64,000 bases of DNA from an uncultured Pelagibacteraceae bacterium. GTDB lineage: Bacteria; Pseudomonadota; Alphaproteobacteria; Pelagibacterales; Pelagibacteraceae. Of the stretch, positions 1 to 9,170 are shown piece after piece (within the stretch, counting starts at the first letter, position 1; each line of letters starts with the position of its first letter). The notes below the pieces were generated by a model. That model was not told where the DNA came from. It saw nothing but the letters and a program-made list of their open reading frames with translations, and did no database searches. The translations under genes and the position numbers were made by a program. The stretch lies in NCBI GenBank assembly GCA_902582765.1, contig CACHTK010000001.1, forward strand, positions 5,870 to 69,869, read 5' to 3'.

Positions 1-4
1 ACAC

Positions 5-226
5 ATGGAAGTAAAAAAAAAAATGGAAGAAGCGAGAGCTCAATATGGAGATAGTGAAGGCTGTTACGTTTACCCACGAACACTCGAGGACAAACTTGGT
101 GAACCATTATCATTAAAAGGTTGGGATAATTGGGGTTATGATATTAAAGTTGTTGATGGATCAATCGTTGTAAATCATAAAAACAGACCTCAATCAAAAC
201 ATACTCAGTATAATTCAAAGAGTTAG
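5..226 (+). CDS. C-terminal part of a protein truncated by the window edge (unassigned)
   Basis: Frame is open back to position 2; coding-like composition; converges on the next gene; no recognisable motif in the visible 73 aa. Confidence 0.45.
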   Translation: MEVKKKMEEARAQYGDSEGCYVYPRTLEDKLGEPLSLKGWDNWGYDIKVVDGSIVVNHKNRPQSKHTQYNSKS

Positions 227-251
227 ATAAAATTTTAAGAATTAATTATTT

Positions 252-1115
252 TTATTTACCTTTAACCGAAACTAATTCTGGATACTTATCAAATAAAATT
301 TCAGCGGGTCGCTCTCCAGACCTTAATGGATCAATCAGCATTACTTGGCTGGGCATAATATTAGTTAAATTGCAGTCTGTACCAAAGAGTTCAAAATAAT
401 TAAGTATGTCTGAATACCACCTTACTTCAGCTTCCTTTGGTGAAGTAACTTCGAATGCAACTTTATTTTTACCAAAGTGTTCGAGCACTCCAGCTAGTAC
501 ATCTGATTTACTATCATGAAGTTCAATTTCTTCATGATCAATAAGCATTGAAAATGCTCCATATTCAAAAAATGGTTCAGCACTTTCAACAATTTGTTTT
601 AATGTTGCAGGAGTATTTTTTTTTGTTTTATCCCACCCACTTTCTGGATGATGTTCATAAATTATATTCATTCCATTTTTAATCGCATGATTGCACCAAG
701 CTTTAATTTGATTTTCAGGGATGTCTCCAAATGTATTCATGAATTCCATTGCAGAAAATCCTAAATCTGCCGCAACATCAATTGCTTCATTTACTTTTCC
801 CTTTTTAAAAGCTTTTATAAAATAACCATGATCCAAGTAAGGCTCTATCGAGTGTTTTTTGTAAAGATCATTTTTACGTTCCAACCATTCCTTTGGATGT
901 CCAAGAACTTGCATTGTTGCAATTTTAACATGGTCAATCCTGTTACCAGCAACCTCTAGAAAGTCTTCTAATTCACGAAGCCCCATTCTTTCGTGGTACC
1001 AAGGGCCTTCATCAAACCCCACATCTTTCAACCATAGTTGTGATTTAGTTCTGGGCTTAGGTTCTATATCATTTAAATCAAATACTTTTGATATAGAATT
1101 TTTTGTTTTAGACAT
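252..1115 (-). CDS. Phosphosulfolactate synthase (ComA) family TIM-barrel protein, divergent copy 1
   Basis: KPRTK...D..G, 'LEDFLEVAGNRIDHVK' and 'LERKNDLYKKHSIEPY' match the ComA N-terminal pattern; ATG at 1115 preferred over TTG at 1139. Confidence 0.75.
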   Translation of the reverse strand: MSKTKNSISKVFDLNDIEPKPRTKSQLWLKDVGFDEGPWYHERMGLRELEDFLEVAGNRIDHVKIATMQVLGHPKEWLERKNDLYKKHSIEPYLDHGYFIKAFKKGKVNEAIDVAADLGFSAMEFMNTFGDIPENQIKAWCNHAIKNGMNIIYEHHPESGWDKTKKNTPATLKQIVESAEPFFEYGAFSMLIDHEEIELHDSKSDVLAGVLEHFGKNKVAFEVTSPKEAEVRWYSDILNYFELFGTDCNLTNIMPSQVMLIDPLRSGERPAEILFDKYPELVSVKGK

Positions 1116-1266
1116 GTTTTTTGCTTTTATATTAGTCAAATAGATAAATTTCTAACTAAATACGTCATTTTCAAAGTTCTTGAGGATGTAAAAAAATATA
1201 ATTAGTTGAAAGACCCATAATGAACACGTTATACTATCTCTAACAATATTCTCAAGGGGGGAAATT

Positions 1267-2340
1267 ATGCGTAAAATTCTAATATTAATATTAATGTCGT
1301 TATTCTCATTTGTATCCATTGGAAATGCAGATGTGAATTTCGCAGGCAAAACAGTTACATGGGTTGTGCCATTTAAAGAAGGTGGTGGTACTAGTAGATT
1401 TGCAAGATTTATTCAACCTTTCTTAAAAAAATATTTACCTGGAAATCCTGATGTCCAAATCATGCACATACCAGGAGGTGGAGCTATTAAAGGTTCAAAT
1501 TATTTTGAAAAAAATGCAAAAGCAGATGGAACTTTTATTTTTGGATGCTCAACTTCAGTAATAGTTAATGTTGCGACTGGAAATCCACTTGTTAAATATA
1601 ATCTTAGTGAATACCGACCAGTAGTTTTGCTACCGCAAAATACTCATTGGTTCACACGTTCAGATTTAGCTGAGCCTCACGATCTATCAAAAATTAAAGA
1701 AAGAAAATTGGTTCTCTACGCATTGAAAACTCCTGCATCTGCAGATTTATTTCACATATGGATTTATGAGAAACTTGGTATCAAAGGAGCTAAACCTATA
1801 CCTGGTCTTTCATCTTCAGGAGGTTATCAAGCATTTCTAAGAGGTGAAATTCATCTAAGTTCACATGGTGCAGCGAATTATGTAAAAAAAGTTAAGCCAG
1901 AAATAGAAAAAGGAAAAGTTGTAGATTTAATGACATTAGGAATTATTGGAGCTGACGGTTCAGTTTCTAGAAATCCTTTGGCACCAAATGCACCTACATT
2001 TCCTGAAATGTATGAGAAGGTAAATGGTAAAAAACTTGAGGGTGATGACTTAGAAGCATACTATGCAATAGGTGCTGCATGGTCTCAAGCATCTAAAGCA
2101 ATGATGCTTCCAGCAGATGCATCCGATGAAATAGTAAAAGCATACAGAGATGCAGCTATTAAAATGACAAATGACCCAGAGTTTAAGGCTAAAGCTGTAA
2201 AAGCTCTTGGACCATTTCCATTAATCATAGGAGAAGAAGCTGGTGAAATTATTAAAAAGGCTGCAGTATTCTCTGATACTACTAAAAAGCAATTAAATGC
2301 AGCTCTAAAGAAACATAAATTCACATATAGAGTTCAATAG
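1267..2340 (+). CDS. tctC: Tripartite tricarboxylate transporter substrate-binding protein (TctC/Bug family)
   Basis: Signal peptide; FAGKTVTWVVPFKEGGGTS, HIPGGGAIKG, 'PNAPTFPE' Bug-family motifs; AGGGGG SD-like motif upstream. Confidence 0.85.
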   Translation: MRKILILILMSLFSFVSIGNADVNFAGKTVTWVVPFKEGGGTSRFARFIQPFLKKYLPGNPDVQIMHIPGGGAIKGSNYFEKNAKADGTFIFGCSTSVIVNVATGNPLVKYNLSEYRPVVLLPQNTHWFTRSDLAEPHDLSKIKERKLVLYALKTPASADLFHIWIYEKLGIKGAKPIPGLSSSGGYQAFLRGEIHLSSHGAANYVKKVKPEIEKGKVVDLMTLGIIGADGSVSRNPLAPNAPTFPEMYEKVNGKKLEGDDLEAYYAIGAAWSQASKAMMLPADASDEIVKAYRDAAIKMTNDPEFKAKAVKALGPFPLIIGEEAGEIIKKAAVFSDTTKKQLNAALKKHKFTYRVQ

Positions 2341-2356
2341 AACAAATAAAAAAAGT

Positions 2357-2386
2357 GCTGCTAGCTATTAGCTGGCAGCTTTTTTT
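2357..2386 (+). terminator. Intrinsic terminator/attenuator-like hairpin between tctC and tctA
   Basis: GCTGCTAGCT...AGCTGGCAGC stem followed by T7 and preceded by an A-run. Confidence 0.7.
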
Positions 2387-4372
2387 ATGGAACAATTATT
2401 AGCTGCACTTTTTCAACTTTTTGAGCCTACTCATTTAGCATTTCTATTTGCAGGGACATTACTTGGTTTAATTGTTGGTATCCTTCCAGGTATGGGTGGA
2501 ACTTCAGGTTTAGCCCTTGTTTTACCTTTTGTTTTTACAATGGAACCTTCACATGCTCTTGCAATGATGATTGGAGTTTTGGCACCTACGACAACTTCAG
2601 ATACTTTTCCTGCGGTTCTTATGGGAGTACCTGGTACTGCAGGATCTCAAGCAACAGTGATGGATGGTTTTCCACTTTCTAAAAAAGGTATGGCAGCAAG
2701 AGCTTTGAGCGCTGCCTTTAGTGCTTCATTGCTTGGGGGTATCTTTGGGGCGTTTATATTATCAATATCTATTTATTATGCCATTCCAATAATAATGGCT
2801 TTTGGTTTTGGAGAACAGTTCCTATTAGTTGTGCTTGCTTTATTAATGGTTGGAGCTCTTACAGGTGACAATTTATTTAAAGGTATTGCCTCTTGTTTTC
2901 TGGGATTAATTATTGGATCAATTGGAACTGCTCCAATTACAGGAGATCCAAGATATACTTTTGATACATTATATCTTTTAGAGGGTGTACCCCTTGTTGT
3001 TGTTGGACTTGGATTATTCGCTATTCCAGAAATAGTTGGGTTACTTGATGCCAAAGGTTCAATCGCAAAATCACTTAATACTAAAAAAGGGTGGTTTACA
3101 GGTTTAAAGGACGTAGTAAAAAATTGGTTTTTAGTATTACGATGTTCTACTCTTGGTTGTCTAGTTGGAGCTTTACCAGGTTTAGGAGGAACTGTTGTTG
3201 ATTGGATTGCATATAGTCACTTAAAACAAACAACAAAAGATACTTCACAATTTGGTAAAGGCGATATCCGAGGAGTTATAGCACCTGAGTCTGCTAATAA
3301 TGCAAAAGAAGGTGGAGCATTAATTCCAACATTAATTTTTGGAATACCTGGTTCTGGTAATAAGGTTTTATTACTTGGAGGTTTTGTTCTAATTGGAATT
3401 GAACCTGGTTTAGATATGGTAACGACAAACCTAGATCTTACATATCTAATGATTTGGTCATTAGCTATTGCAAATATTTTGGGCGCTGGGATTTGTATGG
3501 GTTTTTCATCTCAAATTTCGAAATTCACTTTAGTTCCATATTATATACTTGCACCTGTCATGGTTTGTTTAATATTTTTTGCAACATTTAATATTAATAG
3601 GGACTGGTATGATTTTATTGGATTATTATCATTCGGTATAATTGGTATTACATTTAAAAACTTTGGTTGGTCAAGACCTGCACTATTAATAGGGTTCTTT
3701 TTATCAAGCAAAGTTGAACTTCTAAGCTATCAAACTCAAGCAGTGTATGGTTTAAGTTTTTTATCTCGTCCAGTTTCAATAATTCTTATAATATTGTGTC
3801 TTGCTACCATCGTTCTATTGACAAAACAAAAGTTTGACAACAACTATAGATCTGATCTTATTAAAGGTAAGCTTACTCAAATTTATTATATACTTATCTT
3901 ACTCTGTCTTCCGTTATCAATGATTTGGTTTACTAGTAGTTTAGATTATCGTGCTAATTTGTTTCCAATAAGTCTAAGTGTAATAGCTTTATCACTCTTG
4001 GTTTTTATACTTATTGTAAAAATTGCAGACTTAAAAAATTTACCATTTTTAAATAATACATTGATGAAGTTTGCTCGGTCAAATATTTTTGAAATTAGTG
4101 GGAACTTTAATAATCAACTTTTTTATTATTTAAGTTTTATTGGTTTCTTGTTAATGAATTTTATATTTGGTTTTCCAATTGCTGCAGCACTTTTTATTAA
4201 TATATTTATTTTATTTCATAATAGGAAAGCTTATTTGTCATCAATTTGCATTTCTGCTGCATTGATGGTAATACTCTGGTCGCTATCGTCCTTGCTAACC
4301 TTACAGTTTCCAAATGGATTGATAGGATTATTTGTCGATTTACCCTGGTGGCTAGGTGGACAACTAAATTAA
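2387..4372 (+). CDS. tctA: Tripartite tricarboxylate transporter permease TctA with C-terminal TctB-like fusion
   Basis: GILPGMGG, GVPGTAGSQATVMDGFPL, GVIAPESANNAKEGGALIPTLIFGIPGS motifs; about 160 extra hydrophobic residues ending in 'LTLQFPNG' (TctB-like). Confidence 0.85.
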   Translation: MEQLLAALFQLFEPTHLAFLFAGTLLGLIVGILPGMGGTSGLALVLPFVFTMEPSHALAMMIGVLAPTTTSDTFPAVLMGVPGTAGSQATVMDGFPLSKKGMAARALSAAFSASLLGGIFGAFILSISIYYAIPIIMAFGFGEQFLLVVLALLMVGALTGDNLFKGIASCFLGLIIGSIGTAPITGDPRYTFDTLYLLEGVPLVVVGLGLFAIPEIVGLLDAKGSIAKSLNTKKGWFTGLKDVVKNWFLVLRCSTLGCLVGALPGLGGTVVDWIAYSHLKQTTKDTSQFGKGDIRGVIAPESANNAKEGGALIPTLIFGIPGSGNKVLLLGGFVLIGIEPGLDMVTTNLDLTYLMIWSLAIANILGAGICMGFSSQISKFTLVPYYILAPVMVCLIFFATFNINRDWYDFIGLLSFGIIGITFKNFGWSRPALLIGFFLSSKVELLSYQTQAVYGLSFLSRPVSIILIILCLATIVLLTKQKFDNNYRSDLIKGKLTQIYYILILLCLPLSMIWFTSSLDYRANLFPISLSVIALSLLVFILIVKIADLKNLPFLNNTLMKFARSNIFEISGNFNNQLFYYLSFIGFLLMNFIFGFPIAAALFINIFILFHNRKAYLSSICISAALMVILWSLSSLLTLQFPNGLIGLFVDLPWWLGGQLN

Positions 4373-4384
4373 AAAAAATTTATA

Positions 4385-5179
4385 ATGACTGATGTTACAT
4401 TTCCAAATTTACCTTTCATAAAAAGAAAGGAAAAACCTCGGGAGACAGGTATAAATTATGTTAGAGCACCTGTAATGGTGGGAAATTGTATTGATGATTA
4501 CTTAGAAGCATATGCTGACCTAGTTGATATCTTTAAGATTTCTGGAAAACAAGGCGCAATGATGAGTAAAAAATCTCTTTTAAGGTTTATTGAAACTTGC
4601 AAAAAACATAGTGTTCAAGTTGCGCTAGGAAATCCAATTATGGACGTTGCATTATCTGGTGGTAAAGAAGTGGTAGATGATTATCTAGACACCGTTGTTA
4701 GTTTGGGCATTGATATTATTGAAATCTCTAGAATAGCTCGTTCATTAGATGATGACGAAATGTGTAGATTAATTGAAAACGCCTCAAGCAAGGGGATAAA
4801 AGTTATTAATGAGGTTGGTGTTGCGTTTGCACATTCCAAGGTTATTGAGGAAGAAATATTTATTGAAAGAATTAAAATGCAATCTAAAAGATTTCTTGAG
4901 GCAGGTTCATGGAAAATTTTACTAGAGTCAGAGGGTTTGACAGAAAATCTTGATACGAAAAATTATAGATGGAATACAATTGATAAAATTATTAGTCCAC
5001 TTGAGCTGAATCAATTTATGGTTGAGGCTGATGACCAGGATGTATTGTCAAAATACATAGAGATATATGGTCCAGGCATAAATATGATGGTTGATCATAG
5101 TAGAGTTCTCAAAATGGAAGATGCTCGAATAGGGTATGGACCATCACAATCTCTATGGGGTAAGGTTGTAAAATATTAA
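4385..5179 (+). CDS. Phosphosulfolactate synthase (ComA) family protein, divergent copy 2
   Basis: RKEKPRETGIN, DDYLEAYADLVDIFK, IIEIS, VINEVG, LEAGSWKILLESEG, YGPGIN match the ComA family pattern. Confidence 0.8.
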   Translation: MTDVTFPNLPFIKRKEKPRETGINYVRAPVMVGNCIDDYLEAYADLVDIFKISGKQGAMMSKKSLLRFIETCKKHSVQVALGNPIMDVALSGGKEVVDDYLDTVVSLGIDIIEISRIARSLDDDEMCRLIENASSKGIKVINEVGVAFAHSKVIEEEIFIERIKMQSKRFLEAGSWKILLESEGLTENLDTKNYRWNTIDKIISPLELNQFMVEADDQDVLSKYIEIYGPGINMMVDHSRVLKMEDARIGYGPSQSLWGKVVKY

Positions 5180-6891
5180 GCTAAATTAAATTTGAGTTGT
5201 AATTTTTTTAATATTTCATCATCAACATCATCCCATTGATTGAACTTCTTTTGTTTAATCATTTGTAAGGAAGGATAAGGGTTTATTTTATCAAACTCAC
5301 CCCACCTCCAATCTGGATATATATTAAAAATACCCCAAGTTTCTTTATTAAGGGAACATGAAAGATGAAGTACAGATGTATCTGCTGATATAACTAAATC
5401 CAAATTTTCTATTATAGAAGCAATTTCTACTAGATTATATTTTCCAAAATCTAATATGTTAGAATTTTCAAAATAATGCTTATCTCTTTCCCATATTTCA
5501 TTTTGTAATCCATAAAAGTTTATATCTAAAGATAAAATCTTGTCTAAACTTTTTAAAGGTACTGATCTAAAAGGCTGATTTGGACCATGAAAAGAACCTG
5601 ACCAAACTAATCCAACTTTAGGTTTAGAGTTATCAATCTTTTTACTCCAATTTTCTATTTGCACTTCATCTTTTTTAATCAAGATATCTTTGAAATCATA
5701 TTTTTCTTTATAAAAAAATTTAATTAATGAACCTAATGAAATTTTATAATCAAATTTCTTATCTTCCAGGGTTTCTATTGTTTCAATTTTTAAATTTTCA
5801 ATACCATTATTAAATAAATTAAAAATATTTTTACTTACAACAAAACTTACATTCTTAGATATTTTACAAAGTGAAATTATATATTTAGAAAATTGTATTG
5901 AATCACCTAAACCTTGTTCACTAAAAACAACTATGCTTTTTTTCTCTAAATTTTCACCGTTCCATTCTTTAGTTGAACTTAGAATATTCGTTAATTTTGA
6001 ACCCCTATATTCATAGTATTTCCATCCGTCTTCAAAGTTACCTTCATACAGAGATCTGATCCCAATATAATTATAAAAATTTCTATTATTCTTAAATTCG
6101 TCTCTGGAGCTATCAAGAAGATTTTTTGCATCTTTTTCATTACCCATATTAAAATAAAGACCAATAAGAGATAATTTAAATTTAAGTATATTTTTATTTG
6201 TAGATAGAATTTTTATTGCTTCGTCATATTCTTCATTAAGAATTTTATATTCTGCTTTATTATATAAAAATTCTATATATTTCTCATCTATGGTTTCTGC
6301 TAGTTTAAAAAATTCGTCTGATTTTTTGATATCTTTTAAATTAATATAATTTAGCAATAAATTATTAATAATAATTTTGTCATTTTTATTATAATTGTAA
6401 GCTTCTAAAAAAAATCTTAATGAAGTTTTAGGTTTATTATTTTTAAGGTATATACTACCTGCATTATTAAGAGCTTTTATTTTATTGGCACCATTACAAT
6501 CAATACATTTTATATAAAACTCTAAAGCTAATTTATTATTGTTATTTAATTCATGAGCATAAGCTAATTGATAATTATATAGATCAATTTCATTATTTAT
6601 TTCATAAAGTTTTTTTGCAAATTCTAAGAGTTTTTTTGGATTATTTTTTTTTAAATAAATTAAATATAAATTTTTTATTGGATCTTCAAAATTACTATTT
6701 AACAAATGTGAACTTAAAAAACTTTTTTCTGCAAGATCTAGGTTTCCTTCAAGAAAATTAATAACACCCTTAAAGTTGTTAATTAAATGTTTATTCTTAC
6801 TTTCTTCTTTTTCATATTCATTACAAAGATTAAGTGCTTTTACTAAATCTTTTGAGTTAATACTTTCTAATATTAACTTTAATTTATTCAT
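5176..6891 (-). CDS. TPR-repeat protein with C-terminal GT-B (family 9-like) glycosyltransferase domain
   Basis: N-terminal TPR helices; 'GWKYYEYR', 'WNGENL...EQGLGDSIQF', 'KVGLVWSG', 'LDLVISADTSVLHL', 'DWRW'. Confidence 0.8.
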   Translation of the reverse strand: MNKLKLILESINSKDLVKALNLCNEYEKEESKNKHLINNFKGVINFLEGNLDLAEKSFLSSHLLNSNFEDPIKNLYLIYLKKNNPKKLLEFAKKLYEINNEIDLYNYQLAYAHELNNNNKLALEFYIKCIDCNGANKIKALNNAGSIYLKNNKPKTSLRFFLEAYNYNKNDKIIINNLLLNYINLKDIKKSDEFFKLAETIDEKYIEFLYNKAEYKILNEEYDEAIKILSTNKNILKFKLSLIGLYFNMGNEKDAKNLLDSSRDEFKNNRNFYNYIGIRSLYEGNFEDGWKYYEYRGSKLTNILSSTKEWNGENLEKKSIVVFSEQGLGDSIQFSKYIISLCKISKNVSFVVSKNIFNLFNNGIENLKIETIETLEDKKFDYKISLGSLIKFFYKEKYDFKDILIKKDEVQIENWSKKIDNSKPKVGLVWSGSFHGPNQPFRSVPLKSLDKILSLDINFYGLQNEIWERDKHYFENSNILDFGKYNLVEIASIIENLDLVISADTSVLHLSCSLNKETWGIFNIYPDWRWGEFDKINPYPSLQMIKQKKFNQWDDVDDEILKKLQLKFNLA

Positions 6892-6942
6892 ATATAATCA
6901 ATTTAACTTTAAATTTTTATGCAATAATTTAAATAACAGTTC

Positions 6943-8163
6943 ATGTTAAATATATTAAATAAAAACATAAATTTAATTTCTTTTTTATTTTATTTTTTAA
7001 TTTTTACCTATGTTTATATCTTTTCTTTAAATAATATTATTAATCTTTGGACATTTAACGAACTTCATATCAATTATTCTGCAGGTTTTCTACCCAGAGG
7101 ATTGATTGGTACAATTATGCTTAAACTAGATAGTTTAGGTTTAGAAAAGAGAATTTTCTTTTCAAGTTTATTTTATATTTTTACAATTTTAAATTTTTTA
7201 TTATTCCTCAACATCCTTAAAATTAAATTTAAAAATGCTTTGATCTTTATTTTTTTTGTATTAAATCCAAGCTTTATACTCTTTAATTTTTATGATCTTG
7301 GAGGTTATGCAAGGTTAGAAATATTTGGTATTTTTTCATTATTATTACACACTTATCTTGCAATAATTGCTGATAGACAAAACGAAAAAATAATTTTTTA
7401 TAATAAATATTATTTCTTTTTAATATTTCCAATATTGATAGTGAATGTGCTTATTCATGAGGTAAATTTTTTTTTACTTCCATTTAATATAATTTTAACT
7501 TGGTTAACAATAACGAAACAAACTTCTAATTATGAAAAAATTAAATATTATCTCCCATACTTAATATTTATACCTATAGCATTTTATTTCTGGTTTAATC
7601 CAATAACAGCAGAAAAAGCACTATTAATTTTTGATCAAATTGAAAACAAGCAAAATATTAATGCATCAATTATAGAGTCAATTGGTATGCCTATTTTATT
7701 TAGAAGTGAATTTTCTTATATGATCAATCCCTTAACAAATTTATTTAAATATTTATTCATTTTTTTATTTTATCTTACTCCTGTTCTAATCATGTTTCAT
7801 TGGGTTGATCCTTTTACAAAACGTAAGATTTTTTTAAACATTTTAGTTATTTTGCCTCTTTTTTTATTATTTTATATAGGAAGAGATTGGGGTAGATGGA
7901 TACATATTATATTATTTGTAGTTTTCTGTATCAATATTTACTTAATAAAAAATCAGAATTACTCAATTTATAAAAATAAAATATTAGTTTTATTTTTTAC
8001 AATGTTAATTCTATTTCAATTTACATTTACTAGAATACCTCATTGTTGCAATTTAGTAGAAAAAAATATTAGTATTACAGGAGGAATCATATCAAAAATA
8101 ATTGTTTTTAATAATTTAATTAATAATAAGATTGATGTTAAGTCTCGGTTTAAAAGTTTCTGA
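6943..8163 (+). CDS. Polytopic membrane protein, possibly GT-C-like
   Basis: About 10 hydrophobic segments; NYSAGFLPRGLIG, IHE and DWGRW motifs; adjacent to a polyprenol-phosphate sugar synthase. Confidence 0.55.
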   Translation: MLNILNKNINLISFLFYFLIFTYVYIFSLNNIINLWTFNELHINYSAGFLPRGLIGTIMLKLDSLGLEKRIFFSSLFYIFTILNFLLFLNILKIKFKNALIFIFFVLNPSFILFNFYDLGGYARLEIFGIFSLLLHTYLAIIADRQNEKIIFYNKYYFFLIFPILIVNVLIHEVNFFLLPFNIILTWLTITKQTSNYEKIKYYLPYLIFIPIAFYFWFNPITAEKALLIFDQIENKQNINASIIESIGMPILFRSEFSYMINPLTNLFKYLFIFLFYLTPVLIMFHWVDPFTKRKIFLNILVILPLFLLFYIGRDWGRWIHIILFVVFCINIYLIKNQNYSIYKNKILVLFFTMLILFQFTFTRIPHCCNLVEKNISITGGIISKIIVFNNLINNKIDVKSRFKSF

Positions 8164-8175
8164 GCAGTTATTTAA

Positions 8176-8895
8176 ATGAATTTACAAAAATCAAATAAAA
8201 AAAAAATTTTAGTCTTTTCTGCTACTTATAATGAGGCTGAAAATATAAGTGAATTTATAAATTCAATTATAAATCATAATAGTAATGTAGAAGTTTTAAT
8301 CATAGATGATAATTCTCCAGACAATACATCACACTTAATCGAAGATTTAAAAAAAAAATTTCATCAAATTAATTTAATAACAAGAAAGGGGAAATTGGGC
8401 TTAGATACAGCTCATAAAGAAGCATATAATTATGCTCTGAAAAATAATTTTGATTATCTAATTACTATGGATGCCGATCTTTCTCATGACCCGAAAGAAA
8501 TAAGTAATTTTATAAGTTATTTGAATGATTATCCATTTGTTATTGGATCAAGATATATTGAAGGAGGCAAATGTGAGATGAAAGGTTTTAGGTTATTTAT
8601 AAGTTACTTTGGTAATAAATTTATAAAGTTTGTTTTAAAATCAAAATGTACAGAATTTACAACCTCTTATAGGGGTTATAATTTAAAAAAACTTATAAAT
8701 TTTAATCTAAATATTGTGAACAGTGCTGGTTATAGCTTCTTTATGAGTATTATATTTGAACTAGAAAGAAGAAATTTTGATATTAAAGAGATTCCAATTA
8801 CTTTCTATGAGAGAAATGCAGGCAAATCGAAAATTCAAAGAATTGAGATTTTTAGAACTTTGAAAAATTTATTATTAAATTGGTTTAAAAAATAA
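8176..8895 (+). CDS. Polyprenol monophosphomannose synthase-like GT2 (DPM1-like)
   Basis: TYNEAENI, IIDDNSPD, ITMDADLSHDP, VIGSRY, KEIPITFYERNAGKSK. Confidence 0.9.
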   Translation: MNLQKSNKKKILVFSATYNEAENISEFINSIINHNSNVEVLIIDDNSPDNTSHLIEDLKKKFHQINLITRKGKLGLDTAHKEAYNYALKNNFDYLITMDADLSHDPKEISNFISYLNDYPFVIGSRYIEGGKCEMKGFRLFISYFGNKFIKFVLKSKCTEFTTSYRGYNLKKLINFNLNIVNSAGYSFFMSIIFELERRNFDIKEIPITFYERNAGKSKIQRIEIFRTLKNLLLNWFKK

Positions 8896-8910
8896 TATGG
8901 ATTAATTAAT

Positions 8911-8957
8911 TTGTTCAATTATAAATATTATTATAAATAACCATGAAATTCATTAAT
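8911..8957 (+). promoter_or_regulatory. Probable native tRNA-Leu promoter/leader; related copies at 13787-13833 and 15756-15802
   Basis: TTGTTCAATTATAAATATT...CATGAAATTCATTAAT precedes all three tRNA-Leu 5' ends with a few substitutions. Confidence 0.55.
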
Positions 8958-8996
8958 GCCCTCGTGGTGAAATTGGTAGACACAAAGGACTTAAAA
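8958..8996 (+). repeat. tRNA-Leu 5'-half direct repeat, copy 1 (att core, attL-like)
   Basis: 39 nt identical to 15803-15841; identity ends exactly at the end of the anticodon loop CTTAAAA. Confidence 0.95.
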
Positions 8997-9122
8997 AACA
9001 TAGGGTAGAGTAATTTTATAGTCTCATACTGTCTCAGACAGTCTTAAATCCCATTAAATCCTACACTTTAAAAAAACCTTTAATTATTTTTATTGGAAAA
9101 TATGAATAATAAATTTTCTCAA

Positions 9123-9141
9123 ACTAGAAGTGGACTAGAAG
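9123..9141 (+). repeat. Left arm-type repeat pair of cassette 1 (ACTAGAAG-tgg-ACTAGAAG)
   Basis: 11-bp period; same motif at 13731-13750. Confidence 0.75.
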
Positions 9142-9170
9142 CTAGGTGGATATAATAATATACTTTATTT

